Below are positions 1 through 8,774 of a DNA stretch of 64,000 nucleotides, piece by piece. Made by a program: the position numbers and the translations under genes. Positions within the stretch are counted from its first letter, which is position 1. Every line of letters begins with the position of its first letter. The notes below the pieces were generated by a model. It had not been told where the DNA came from. It saw only the letters and a program-made list of their open reading frames with translations, and did no database searches. This DNA comes from Thermodesulfobacteriota bacterium (GTDB taxonomy: Bacteria > Desulfobacterota > WTBG01 > CAIYCZ01 > CAIRTM01), in NCBI GenBank assembly GCA_028278025.1, contig JANQFE010000045.1, positions 658 to 64,657 on the forward strand, given 5' to 3'.

Positions 1-164
1 AGATAAAGAAGTTCGGCAAGGGCGGCATTTCGCAGCACGGAAGCGTGATCTCTTTGTAAGATTTCAAGAGTCATTCCGGTCGGCGAAGTGCCCGGTGTCC
101 ATATTTTAGAAGTTTCTGATTCTTTAAATTGTCCTGATAAGTAGTTAATCTGACAATTCCGAAA
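1..164 (-). pseudogene. 5'-truncated fragment resembling the HATPase_c_4/RecG-C-terminal-like domain of AlbA-type ATP-binding regulators; continues off the left edge
   Basis: Manual translation gives ...KIWTPGTSPTGMTLEILQRDHASVLRNAALAELLY, similar to the WNPGxLPxGxTxExL...SxxRNPxIAxxxY pattern. An in-frame stop at 165-167 removes the N-terminus. Confidence 0.4.
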
Positions 165-317
165 TCAAAACTTTATTTGACACTACCCATATTAGATGAC
201 CATAAAAATCAAAAATGGAAAAATTCTGCTATTATCAGAAGTAATATTAACACCGGCCATACTCAAGAGTCTGGCACGTAATATTGATTTTAAGGTTTGT
301 TAATATTGATAATGGTT

Positions 318-378
318 ATGTAACACATTGCTCAAGGGCATGCGAGTATCGTGCGTTTCTTGCAACAGGATGTTATGC
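318..378 (-). mobile_element. attC-like integron cassette recombination site
   Basis: On the minus strand GCATAAC...GTTACAT with an imperfect internal palindrome. The stop codon of ORF 373..954 lies in the GCATAAC box, as is typical of cassettes. Confidence 0.55.
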
Positions 379-954
379 ACCGGAATCTTCTTCAAGGAAT
401 TCCTTTAACCATGGTTCAAAGAAATAGCTAATTTCAAGTGAATCTTTCCTGAATTTTTCTAAACCCTTGGGAGTAAAAACATTAACCCCTTTATATGTTC
501 GCTTAGATTTTTTCAGATCAGAAAGAAAAAATGCATGGGCAACTCCGTTTCTAAGGTCATTTATTGCAGTTATTTTGCTAGTTATTGATCTTGGTATATT
601 CTTAAAGGTTTTGACAATTGACAATTTTTGTAACAAGTACATGTTTTGCAGTATCATATGAAATGTGCGGAAGCGTTTTGTTCTTCTCACATTACGCAGC
701 TTATTGCCAGATCCAAACACGTGCTCAATTAACAAGAAATCTAGATGGGAGTCTATCATTGTGTATTCTAAAATAATTTCACTTCTTACCACCTGATCAA
801 TCATTGTTCTAAGAACTGGGACTACGGCATCAGACTCTTCATCTGCAATATGAAATATGCGATCAGGATTCAATGCACATTTTTCAAGTATTTTTTCATA
901 GTCGAGTAGGATGCGAGATTGATAATTCGTGAGTTTCTGTTTTCCTTTGGCCAT
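373..954 (-). CDS. Cassette-borne protein with HEPN-like RxxxxH motif (putative RNase/toxin)
   Basis: 193 aa, helical, INDLRNGVAHA motif, AT-rich, followed by an attC-like site. Confidence 0.6.
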   Translation of the reverse strand: MAKGKQKLTNYQSRILLDYEKILEKCALNPDRIFHIADEESDAVVPVLRTMIDQVVRSEIILEYTMIDSHLDFLLIEHVFGSGNKLRNVRRTKRFRTFHMILQNMYLLQKLSIVKTFKNIPRSITSKITAINDLRNGVAHAFFLSDLKKSKRTYKGVNVFTPKGLEKFRKDSLEISYFFEPWLKEFLEEDSGA

Positions 955-1252
955 TTATTTATCTCGCTGTTATTTCAAATATTAAAAAAGGGTACAGATT
1001 TATTTTTGTTTTCTATGTCAACATAACTCCCGATACACTGAACATTTAAACAGCCTTCAATAGTCAAACATAGCGATAACACCGCCAAAAAAGTACTTCA
1101 CGAAATTGTTATCATAATCAGGAGTAACAGGAAATGAATTTTTGTGAAATAAAATCAAGATGCTGGCACGTTATCTAAACTCGGAATTCTTTTATGTTAC
1201 TAATGATTATGTAACGCCCTTGCTCACGTGCACATCCAATCTTGAATTTTAT

Positions 1253-1312
1253 ACATAACGTTGCTAATCAGCAGCGCGGCTTTTTGCGTCGGCTGAATTA
1301 GCCTTGTTAGGC
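1253..1312 (-). mobile_element. attC site (canonical-looking, 60 bp)
   Basis: Minus strand GCCTAACAAGGCTAATTCAGCCGACGC...GCGCTGCTGATTAGCAACGTTATGT: RYYYAAC and GTTRRRY-like boxes with a CAGCCGACGC/GCGCTGCTG stem. Confidence 0.8.
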
Positions 1313-1319
1313 CTTGTCT

Positions 1320-2153
1320 TCATATAACTCGATAGGATGTTTCTGAAAGCACTATTTCCCATGCTCTAATCCTCCCAAGAAATTCATCTACAGAAATACG
1401 ATTCAATTCTTGTTTACTGGAAGGACCCACCACAATTAATCCACTCAACCATTCCCCTATACATTTCCTGTCCGTTAAAGGGGGAGTTTTATCGTTTGGT
1501 AATGAGAAAGGAAGCTTAGCAAATGGAATTATTGCATCTGTTGAAACTCGGAAATCTGTGGTGCCCGCATAAGAGACTATACGCCATTCCTTCTCCTCCT
1601 TGAATGATGGATGTTTTATAATTGGCTCAATATTCGTGAGATTCTCGCACATTTCATTGCATATTTTTGCTATAGCATCGGGGTCACCTTGATGTTCATT
1701 TTTATGAAAGCTTTGAAGTGCAGGGTCACAAATAGGTTTGAGAAGATGTAATTGAGACTGATTGTCATATAGACAGCGTTTTAAATTGTAATTTTGCACT
1801 TTGCATATTTCATCTATCTCTGATTTTTTGAAACCTAATGCAAATCCACCAGATTTAGGGCAGTAGGCGCGCCACTGGCTCAATAAGTCTCCATCTTCTG
1901 ATAAAGAGAAGACAAAAGGATAAAATTTAACGGAAAGTTCGTGTTTAAGAATATCAAGAATGAGGTATAGGTCTTGATGTCCTTTAAGAGACTTTTCAAA
2001 TAAGGACAACACAAGTCTTGATGAGAAATGTATTTCCTCAGAATCGTTTAAGAATCTTGAGTCGGTAGCCCAAACAGTTTGATCTTTGAATATTCCATAT
2101 AATCCCTCTGCTGATGTATAGTGAAATAAATATTCAGGGTCTTCATGATTCAT
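1320..2153 (-). CDS. DUF2971-family protein (cassette-borne, possible defence protein)
   Basis: Motifs LFHYTS..G..GI, FLNDSEE, FVFSLSEDGDLLSQWRAY and KHPSFKEEKEWRIV are characteristic of DUF2971. Confidence 0.8.
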   Translation of the reverse strand: MNHEDPEYLFHYTSAEGLYGIFKDQTVWATDSRFLNDSEEIHFSSRLVLSLFEKSLKGHQDLYLILDILKHELSVKFYPFVFSLSEDGDLLSQWRAYCPKSGGFALGFKKSEIDEICKVQNYNLKRCLYDNQSQLHLLKPICDPALQSFHKNEHQGDPDAIAKICNEMCENLTNIEPIIKHPSFKEEKEWRIVSYAGTTDFRVSTDAIIPFAKLPFSLPNDKTPPLTDRKCIGEWLSGLIVVGPSSKQELNRISVDEFLGRIRAWEIVLSETSYRVI

Positions 2154-2350
2154 AATATCCTATCCGATTAAGCTTTATAATTCCAGTTATCGAATTGACT
2201 GTCAATTAACCTAAATGGTCTCTGCCTAAGCTCAGATGGCGATGCGTCACCTGGATCGTTTTGTTGTGCTTTAATCTTTTCCTGCAAAAGACGTGTTTCG
2301 AGTCTGGCACGAAATTGTGACTTTGGTGTTTGTCAATATTACTCATGATT

Positions 2351-2438
2351 ATTTAACGTTAAGCTCACAAGCTGCGCCACTCAACTTTCGGAAAATTGAA
2401 CGGCGTTTCTCGCAGTCTGGTGCAGTGTCTAGTTCGGT
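2351..2438 (-). mobile_element. attC-like site
   Basis: Plus strand ATTTAACGTTAAGCTCACAAGCTGCG...CGCAGTCTGGTGCAGTGTCTAGTTCGGT, 13 nt after the stop of 2452..3525. Confidence 0.6.
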
Positions 2439-2451
2439 GATTTTCTCTGTA

Positions 2452-3525
2452 TTAATAAAAGTTATCCATTGCAGTTCTCGTGATTTCAATAATTGCAACA
2501 AGCACAGGGAGATTAGCAGATATTCCAAATTTAGAAATAGTTGACGTGTTAAATGGCCAAGTCGGCAATTGCTTTGTTTCATTATAGATTTTCAATACGT
2601 TATCTTTCTGTTCAATGATTTCGTCAATATCTTTAGAAAATGAATCAAAACCCCCTGCAAGTTTATCAATGAGCACATCATTAATGGACTTCTGCATAAG
2701 TGAAAGATGTTCCATTAGATTTATTTTTTTTGTCAACATTGCTTTGTGAGGTTGAGATAGCGGCAGAAAGAATACAACATACAATGCCATAATTTGAATA
2801 AATACTCCGCCCGCAAATGGCATGGTGACTCCATGTGTATGATATAGGGCAAAGGAGTTTAAAAATGTAAACAAAACGCCCCCATTAAACCTTAATGACA
2901 TTTTACCAAGATTCCCCATTCCGCCTGCTCCATCTGGATGTAACGGTTGTAGGTTTAACATGTCATTTTTTTCTACAACTTTAAATACATGACGCAGCCA
3001 CGCAATAATAATTACTAAGCGATAAAATATGTAAGGAAAAACTATGCCCCACCAAAATATAAAGAAAACTAGTTGACCACAATACCCCCAAGCGTGTTGA
3101 ATCGAATCATAAACATCGTGCCCATATATTGGTATCGGATTAATCCTGTTGATTGCATTGATTACAACACAACATAAACCTAAAGCTGTGAAAGAAATTC
3201 CAATAGAAAATCTAAATTTTTTGTTTGGATTATAGCCTTTTAGATAATCTGGACTAACTGTTTTTCCTAATACATCTTTTCTATCAATTATGGAATCGAG
3301 GGAATTGACGAAAATTTTAAATAAATGAAATCCGCGAAGAAAAAAATGAAGTGTAAGTGGAAAGATAATAGTGTTTGCAATATTGCTATAATGTTCTAGA
3401 ATTCCTACACTGTCCCCTTCAAGAAATAGACTATTGTCAATCCAAGCACACAAATATGGCAAAGCAGATAGCAAGAATGTAAAAGATATGATTCTACCTT
3501 CAGGTAGTTTTTCTTGGAAAATCAT
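2452..3525 (-). CDS. Polytopic membrane protein of unknown function (cassette)
   Basis: 357 aa, about 7 hydrophobic segments, HPDGAGGMGNLG and LPTWPF motifs. Confidence 0.75.
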   Translation of the reverse strand: MIFQEKLPEGRIISFTFLLSALPYLCAWIDNSLFLEGDSVGILEHYSNIANTIIFPLTLHFFLRGFHLFKIFVNSLDSIIDRKDVLGKTVSPDYLKGYNPNKKFRFSIGISFTALGLCCVVINAINRINPIPIYGHDVYDSIQHAWGYCGQLVFFIFWWGIVFPYIFYRLVIIIAWLRHVFKVVEKNDMLNLQPLHPDGAGGMGNLGKMSLRFNGGVLFTFLNSFALYHTHGVTMPFAGGVFIQIMALYVVFFLPLSQPHKAMLTKKINLMEHLSLMQKSINDVLIDKLAGGFDSFSKDIDEIIEQKDNVLKIYNETKQLPTWPFNTSTISKFGISANLPVLVAIIEITRTAMDNFY

Positions 3526-3943
3526 TTGATAAGCACCACACTCTCATGTTTTGGGGCTATATTTTAGGTAACCGAACTTATATATATTGAACGGAATCTT
3601 GTTTTACCCCTTTTTTGACTGCTTTAACGACCCCGTATAAGACGCTTATTTGATGGCAAAAACGGAAATTACAAAATGCGTGACAAATTACATCACTTAA
3701 AATAACCTTTGATAACATCAGCAAATCAACGACTCGCAAAAGTAAGGATTAGCGATAAGAATCCGAACTGTCACGGCCCATTAATCTCTGAACATCGGCC
3801 ATATTTAAGATGCTGGCACGCAAACTTAACTCTGAAGAATCTTAGTATTACTCATTATAATAGTAACGAATAGTAAAGGACTTGGTTTCAGCTGCCCTAG
3901 ACAGAAGCAGTGAATTTCTAAAATAGAATGAATCTAGACTAAG

Positions 3944-4001
3944 GCCTAAAACCATAATAAGCCAGCCGCTGCCTCAGGTCAGCTAGAAATCTGGGTTAGA
4001 C
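3944..4001 (-). mobile_element. Degenerate attC-like site
   Basis: Minus strand GTCTAAC...AGCTGACC...GGCTGGCT...TTTAGGC; the R' box is mutated. Lies just downstream of 4035..4736. Confidence 0.45.
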
Positions 4002-4034
4002 GATAGCAACCTTATATAACTTAGAAATACATTC

Positions 4035-4736
4035 TTAACGTTGCCAATGCTCGGTTAATATTACAAATTCAGAAATATACTTAGAATTTTTTTCTAAAAA
4101 CGGAAGAAATTTACTTATATATTGTTCAAGTATTTGTTGATCAAATTTAATGTATAGAATCCCAACTACTTTAGAATCTTTTTCAAAAGATATTATAACT
4201 TTATTAGAAATATCTTCTATAGTATGCGGCACATTTCGAAGTACTGAAACTTTTTCCAGTTTGTTTTCTTGATCTTCTAATTTTGATAAGATGTCCATTC
4301 TAAAAAGATAACCTTGTTTAAGCGACATTCCTAAAGGGATATAATGACCAATATTAATCTTTGCTTTACCATCCATAGAAATTTGAAAAATTCTATTAAA
4401 TGACTTTCGCGTTGAAGATACAAATACAGAAATAGAAGAATTAACATTGAATTTATGCTTTATACTACTTTGGATTTCTTTTGACCTATCAATAAAATGT
4501 CTTTTTTTAATATGATTTTTAAAGGAGTCCCGAATTAGTGATTCTCTAATTATTAAAGGAAAAATACCTATTAATAAGCCAGATAAATAAATATACCATT
4601 CGGAAAAATCAACACCTGAACGATTTATTATAAATGTTAATAATATTGAAAGCCCTGAACTTATTGCTCCCCATCGTTTTCTTCCAGTTAGAAAACTTAT
4701 GATAAAACTTTCATTGTTTTTTTCTTCATTAAACAT
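4035..4736 (-). CDS. Two-TM membrane protein with soluble C-terminal (GAF-like?) domain
   Basis: ORF track 4035..4775. A better start is ATG at 4736, after GGAGG at the end of the upstream ORF. Two N-terminal TM helices. Confidence 0.65.
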   Translation of the reverse strand: MFNEEKNNESFIISFLTGRKRWGAISSGLSILLTFIINRSGVDFSEWYIYLSGLLIGIFPLIIRESLIRDSFKNHIKKRHFIDRSKEIQSSIKHKFNVNSSISVFVSSTRKSFNRIFQISMDGKAKINIGHYIPLGMSLKQGYLFRMDILSKLEDQENKLEKVSVLRNVPHTIEDISNKVIISFEKDSKVVGILYIKFDQQILEQYISKFLPFLEKNSKYISEFVILTEHWQR

Positions 4737-4738
4737 TT

Positions 4739-5062
4739 TTAGCCCTCCAGACGGCTGCGGATCGCTGCTGTCCAAGTCATTCCCGCTAGAATGGCACCAT
4801 ATGATTCATCAGGTCGTATTAGAAATGCAGAAACCATCGCTCCGGCCAAAACTGATATTAAAAGTTTCAATATTATAATTAATAAAACACGCAAAACACT
4901 TGATAAATGATAAACATCTTCTGATTGATTTACCATGCTAGCTTGAATGTCTGGTAAAGCTCCATAAACTTGATACATCAATAATAAAAGTGCACCTAAA
5001 CCTCCAAAAAAAAGATCCCTATGAAGGTTTGGTAATTCTGAAAGTAATTTAATGGGGTCCAT
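4739..5062 (-). CDS. Small 3-TM membrane protein, translationally coupled to the downstream ORF
   Basis: 107 aa, hydrophobic; its stop is 2 nt from the next ATG. Confidence 0.65.
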   Translation of the reverse strand: MDPIKLLSELPNLHRDLFFGGLGALLLLMYQVYGALPDIQASMVNQSEDVYHLSSVLRVLLIIILKLLISVLAGAMVSAFLIRPDESYGAILAGMTWTAAIRSRLEG

Positions 5063-5083
5063 TTCTTAATTATTTTTTCTCTA

Positions 5084-5155
5084 TTTGAAATACCAAGGCT
5101 CACCTGTGGCAGGAAGCGAAGCTGAAGGCCATCCACGTGCAACCTCTGGTTATAT
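5084..5155 (-). mobile_element. Degenerate attC-like site
   Basis: Plus strand GGCTCACCTGTGGC...GCCATCCACGTGCAACCTCTGGTTATAT, same layout as the site at 2351; left box decayed. Confidence 0.45.
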
Positions 5156-5416
5156 TATAGGTGCTTTTCTAATTCCTTAAGTGCAATAATCTTGCTTGTC
5201 AATATTTTCAAATCTCTTCCTGAATGATGACCTATGGTAACATTATTAAATCAGCACACCTGAAGAATCAATGTTAGCCATAAGACCTGCAAATAATTTC
5301 TTAACAAAATTGTTACCATAATCAAATGTACTTTTGAATTATTTTTAGCGAATGCCGGTTTTCTTGTTTGGCACGAAACTTTGATTTTGTATTTTGTTAA
5401 AGTTAATTCTGATTAT

Positions 5417-6436
5417 TTAAATTATCTGGCTTAAAGATTCAATCCATTCACTAACATTAAATGATTGGTAAACTCCCTTAGCTGTATCAAATAATTCCTT
5501 TGTCATCTTGACGTTACCAAGACAATTTTTTGCATTCTGAAGCCATTTTGATATTCGATTTGTATCGGGGCTTTCTTCGTCTTCAAGTTCACCTTTAACC
5601 TTTTCAAGTTCAACCACTGCTTTTTGAGCTGCCTGATTGTCTGAAGTTGTCTTTATCAGCTCAATTAACTTTGCCAGTTCGTCGATTTGATTTTTTCGTT
5701 CATTAAATGAGTTTGAGATACTAACAGAATTGTCATTAGATATTTGGGTAAGCTGATTGTATTCACCCTGAACAACATTTTGCGCCCCAGGTGCATTATA
5801 AGATCGTGATTCCAATTGACCACCTGTTTGCACAATGACGGGAGGTGCAGAATGAAAACCACTTTGAAGGGGTGCAGCTTTTAACAGTTTTTCATAATAT
5901 TCAATTGTATGTTTGGATAAATTGTAACTATGTTGCAAAAAATTAACTCGATTTTTCAGACAAGTTAAAAGAAGGGCATGCTCTTCATCTGACACTATTA
6001 CCGGTAAATCATCTAATGGCTCACCTGATTCTACTTTTCTTAAATACTCATTAAAGTCATTTCGAACTCTATCCGTACTTACCGAAATACCAGAGTCAAG
6101 TATTGTGAATTTAAATTTAAACTCCGGCTCGTGTGACGAATCTACAGAAAAAGAAACTTTATACCCTCGTATTTTGGCATAATCTTCGAACCCCTTTAAG
6201 AAATCGTGAAATAGGGATCTATGTTTTTCGGGAATATCTATTGTAATAAATCCCCCATAATTGTTCTGATTGTTTGTTTGATTTCCTATTTCTTCAAGGG
6301 TTCCTTTTTGAAGGGACAATTCACGTCTGTTACGTTGCAAGTCTCTTCTCCACATCATTAGGAAAAAAAATCCCAAAACAACTGCCATCATCAAGATGGT
6401 CGTATTCATAAGCTCAGTAAAAGTTGTATCATACAT
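5417..6436 (-). CDS. Hypothetical protein with N-terminal TM anchor and C-terminal helical domain
   Basis: 339 aa AT-rich ORF with an AAGGA RBS and one TM segment. Confidence 0.7.
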   Translation of the reverse strand: MYDTTFTELMNTTILMMAVVLGFFFLMMWRRDLQRNRRELSLQKGTLEEIGNQTNNQNNYGGFITIDIPEKHRSLFHDFLKGFEDYAKIRGYKVSFSVDSSHEPEFKFKFTILDSGISVSTDRVRNDFNEYLRKVESGEPLDDLPVIVSDEEHALLLTCLKNRVNFLQHSYNLSKHTIEYYEKLLKAAPLQSGFHSAPPVIVQTGGQLESRSYNAPGAQNVVQGEYNQLTQISNDNSVSISNSFNERKNQIDELAKLIELIKTTSDNQAAQKAVVELEKVKGELEDEESPDTNRISKWLQNAKNCLGNVKMTKELFDTAKGVYQSFNVSEWIESLSQII

Positions 6437-7186
6437 TTTGTATTTCCTTTGTTATGGAAACATATAATTATTATACGGAATGTCGTATTTTGTTATGCTC
6501 CCAACATTTTGCGACAAGTCGTATATTATAAACATATTAATGTTATGCAACACAGTTCAAAGGAAGTGCCAATTCAACAAATTTATAGAGTCAGTCTATG
6601 TCAATATAACACCCAGCACACTGAACATTTCAGCATCCTTTAAAAGTCAACAGTAGCGATAAACATCTGGCCTGGACACTACCCAAAAAGATTTTGATAT
6701 TATCTATCGTACTATTAACAGGCGGGAATTTCAATGTTATCTTGAAAATCACAACTTGCATTAAAGTCACGTTCTGATTTTCACATTTTTAAATTTCATG
6801 ATATCGTGTTATTCAAAAAAAAAGCTGTCCGGAATTTCCGGATAGTTCATTCAACATTTTTTACGCCTTCGTCTTGAACTGTTGCAAATTTTACAACAAC
6901 TGACCTGTCCTGATTTAACTTGTCATCACCTTATTTAGCATTGTTTTGAAAAAGTTTTGTAGTGCTGATTTTTTTAAAGTACGAAGTATGGTACTATAAG
7001 ATTTTTTTTCATTAAACAATCTATTTTAGTAATAATTTTATTTTTACTAAATAGTTATTACTTTTTCAATGAATTATTAAACCAATGACAACTTTTTAAT
7101 ATGATTTGCATTGACAAGTCTATATTATGTATTTTATTGTTCTATTTTTTTAGAAAGCACATTATTAAACAAGTTACTATAGCAGG

Positions 7187-7684
7187 ATGAATGAACAAGA
7201 AACCGTATTCATCGGACTCGGCACCAACCTGGGAGACCGGGAAAAAAATCTGCGCCAGGCTCTTGAGCACATACAAGCATTTATAGACATAGAAAGAAGC
7301 TCATCTATCTATGAGACTGAACCGGTCGGCTATGAAGACCAGGACTGGTTTTTAAATATGGTGGTTGAGGGGCACACAAGGCTTTCACCTCTGCAGCTGC
7401 TCAGAAAGCTCCAGGAAATAGAAAACAGGATAGGCCGCAAGCGTACAATCAAGAACGGCCCCCGAATAATTGATTTGGATATTCTGTTTTATTCTGATAA
7501 AGTATTAACCGCTGAGAATTTAATAATACCGCACCCGGCAATACAAAATCGCAGCTTTGTGCTTACCCCCCTGCATGAAATTGAACCTGATTTTGTGCAC
7601 CCGAAGCTTAACCGGGATATAAAAAGTCTGTTTGAAACACTCAGCCAGGATAAACATGTTAAAAAATGGATAAAAAAAGAGTAA
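7187..7684 (+). CDS. folK: 2-amino-4-hydroxy-6-hydroxymethyldihydropteridine diphosphokinase
   Basis: IGLGTNLGDR, SSIYETEP, GPRIIDLDIL and IPHP motifs. Confidence 0.95.
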   Translation: MNEQETVFIGLGTNLGDREKNLRQALEHIQAFIDIERSSSIYETEPVGYEDQDWFLNMVVEGHTRLSPLQLLRKLQEIENRIGRKRTIKNGPRIIDLDILFYSDKVLTAENLIIPHPAIQNRSFVLTPLHEIEPDFVHPKLNRDIKSLFETLSQDKHVKKWIKKE

Positions 7685-8217
7685 CAGAGTTAATCCGGGA
7701 ATTAATCCAGGAAATTGACAAACACCCTGACCGGGAAGGACTGGAGGATACCCCTCAAAGGGTAGCCCAATCTTTTGAGAAGCTCTTTGGCGGTTATCAT
7801 AAAGACTTAAACGGCCTGGTGACCAAATTTGAAGGCGAAGACTATGATGAGATGATCATCTGCAAAAATATCGACTTCTACTCAACCTGCGAACATCATA
7901 TGCTGCCCTTCTTCGGTAAAGCTCATATCGGCTACCTGCCCAATAAAAAAATTATCGGCATCTCCAAACTTCCCCGAATCGTAGAAATATATGCCCGGCG
8001 GTTGCAAAATCAGGAACGTCTGACCATGCAGGTTGCCAAAACGATCAATAAACTTGTGAAACCGAAGGGGGTCGGCGTGGTCATTGAAGCCCAGCACCTG
8101 TGCATGATGGCCCGCGGCGTGGAAAAGCAAAATACCATTATGACAACATCTTCCTTTATCGATGCATTCAGGGCCAGTGAAAAAACCCGCAGTGAATTTT
8201 TGAAACTAATTGGATGA
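7666..8217 (+). CDS. folE: GTP cyclohydrolase I
   Basis: DREGLEDTPQRVA, CEHHMLPF, RRLQNQERLT and HLCMMARGV motifs. Confidence 0.95.
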   Translation: MDKKRVTELIRELIQEIDKHPDREGLEDTPQRVAQSFEKLFGGYHKDLNGLVTKFEGEDYDEMIICKNIDFYSTCEHHMLPFFGKAHIGYLPNKKIIGISKLPRIVEIYARRLQNQERLTMQVAKTINKLVKPKGVGVVIEAQHLCMMARGVEKQNTIMTTSSFIDAFRASEKTRSEFLKLIG

Positions 8218-8774
8218 TCTTACTTATAGACAACTACGATTCCTTCACCTACAATCTCTACCAGCAGCTGGAATCCCTGGGGGCCGAAACAACGGTAGCG
8301 GCCCATGACAACATCACCATCAAGGAAATCAAAAAACTGAAACCTGCCCGGATTGTTATCTCCCCAGGCCCCAAACGCCCTGCCGACAGCGGCATCAGCA
8401 TGCCGGTTATTAAAAATTTTTACAAAACAATCCCCATCCTGGGTGTGTGCCTGGGGCATGAGTGTATCGGTGAGGTGTTCGGCTCCCGGGTGGTACATGC
8501 CAAAAAAATTCTTCACGGAAAAACCTCCAAAATTTATCACGGCGGCAACGGCATCTTCAAAGGATTGCCGAACCCCTTTGAGGCTGCCCGGTATCACTCC
8601 CTGGTGATTGACCGCGCACCGGACAATTTCACCTTAGCAGCCTGGGACCGCACCAAAGAAGTCATGGCCATCAGCCATAACACCTATCCCCTGCACGGTA
8701 TTCAATTTCATCCCGAATCTTTTATGACAAGAACAGGTGATACGATCATAAGAAATTTCTTACATGAAGATTAA
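8214..8774 (+). CDS. pabA: Aminodeoxychorismate synthase glutamine amidotransferase subunit
   Basis: IDNYDSFTYNL, SPGP, GVCLGH, RYHSL and QFHPES motifs; folate-gene context. Confidence 0.9.
   Translation: MILLIDNYDSFTYNLYQQLESLGAETTVAAHDNITIKEIKKLKPARIVISPGPKRPADSGISMPVIKNFYKTIPILGVCLGHECIGEVFGSRVVHAKKILHGKTSKIYHGGNGIFKGLPNPFEAARYHSLVIDRAPDNFTLAAWDRTKEVMAISHNTYPLHGIQFHPESFMTRTGDTIIRNFLHED

Noticed and set aside
1-74. LRNAALAELLY read as a tyrosine recombinase (integron integrase) motif
   Set aside because: The upstream residues fit the HATPase_c_4-like pattern better, and the location is the wrong end of the array for intI.
127-156. Possible dif/Xer site (TGTCCTGATAAGTAGTTAATCTGACA) and TTATGTAAC half-sites
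   Set aside because: The ATAA-N6-TTAT spacing and XerD arm do not fit.
2204-2269. Additional attC between DUF2971 and the ORF-less element
   Set aside because: Only the right half (CGTCACCTGGATCGTTTTGTTGTGC) looks attC-like, and the pairing is too poor to call.
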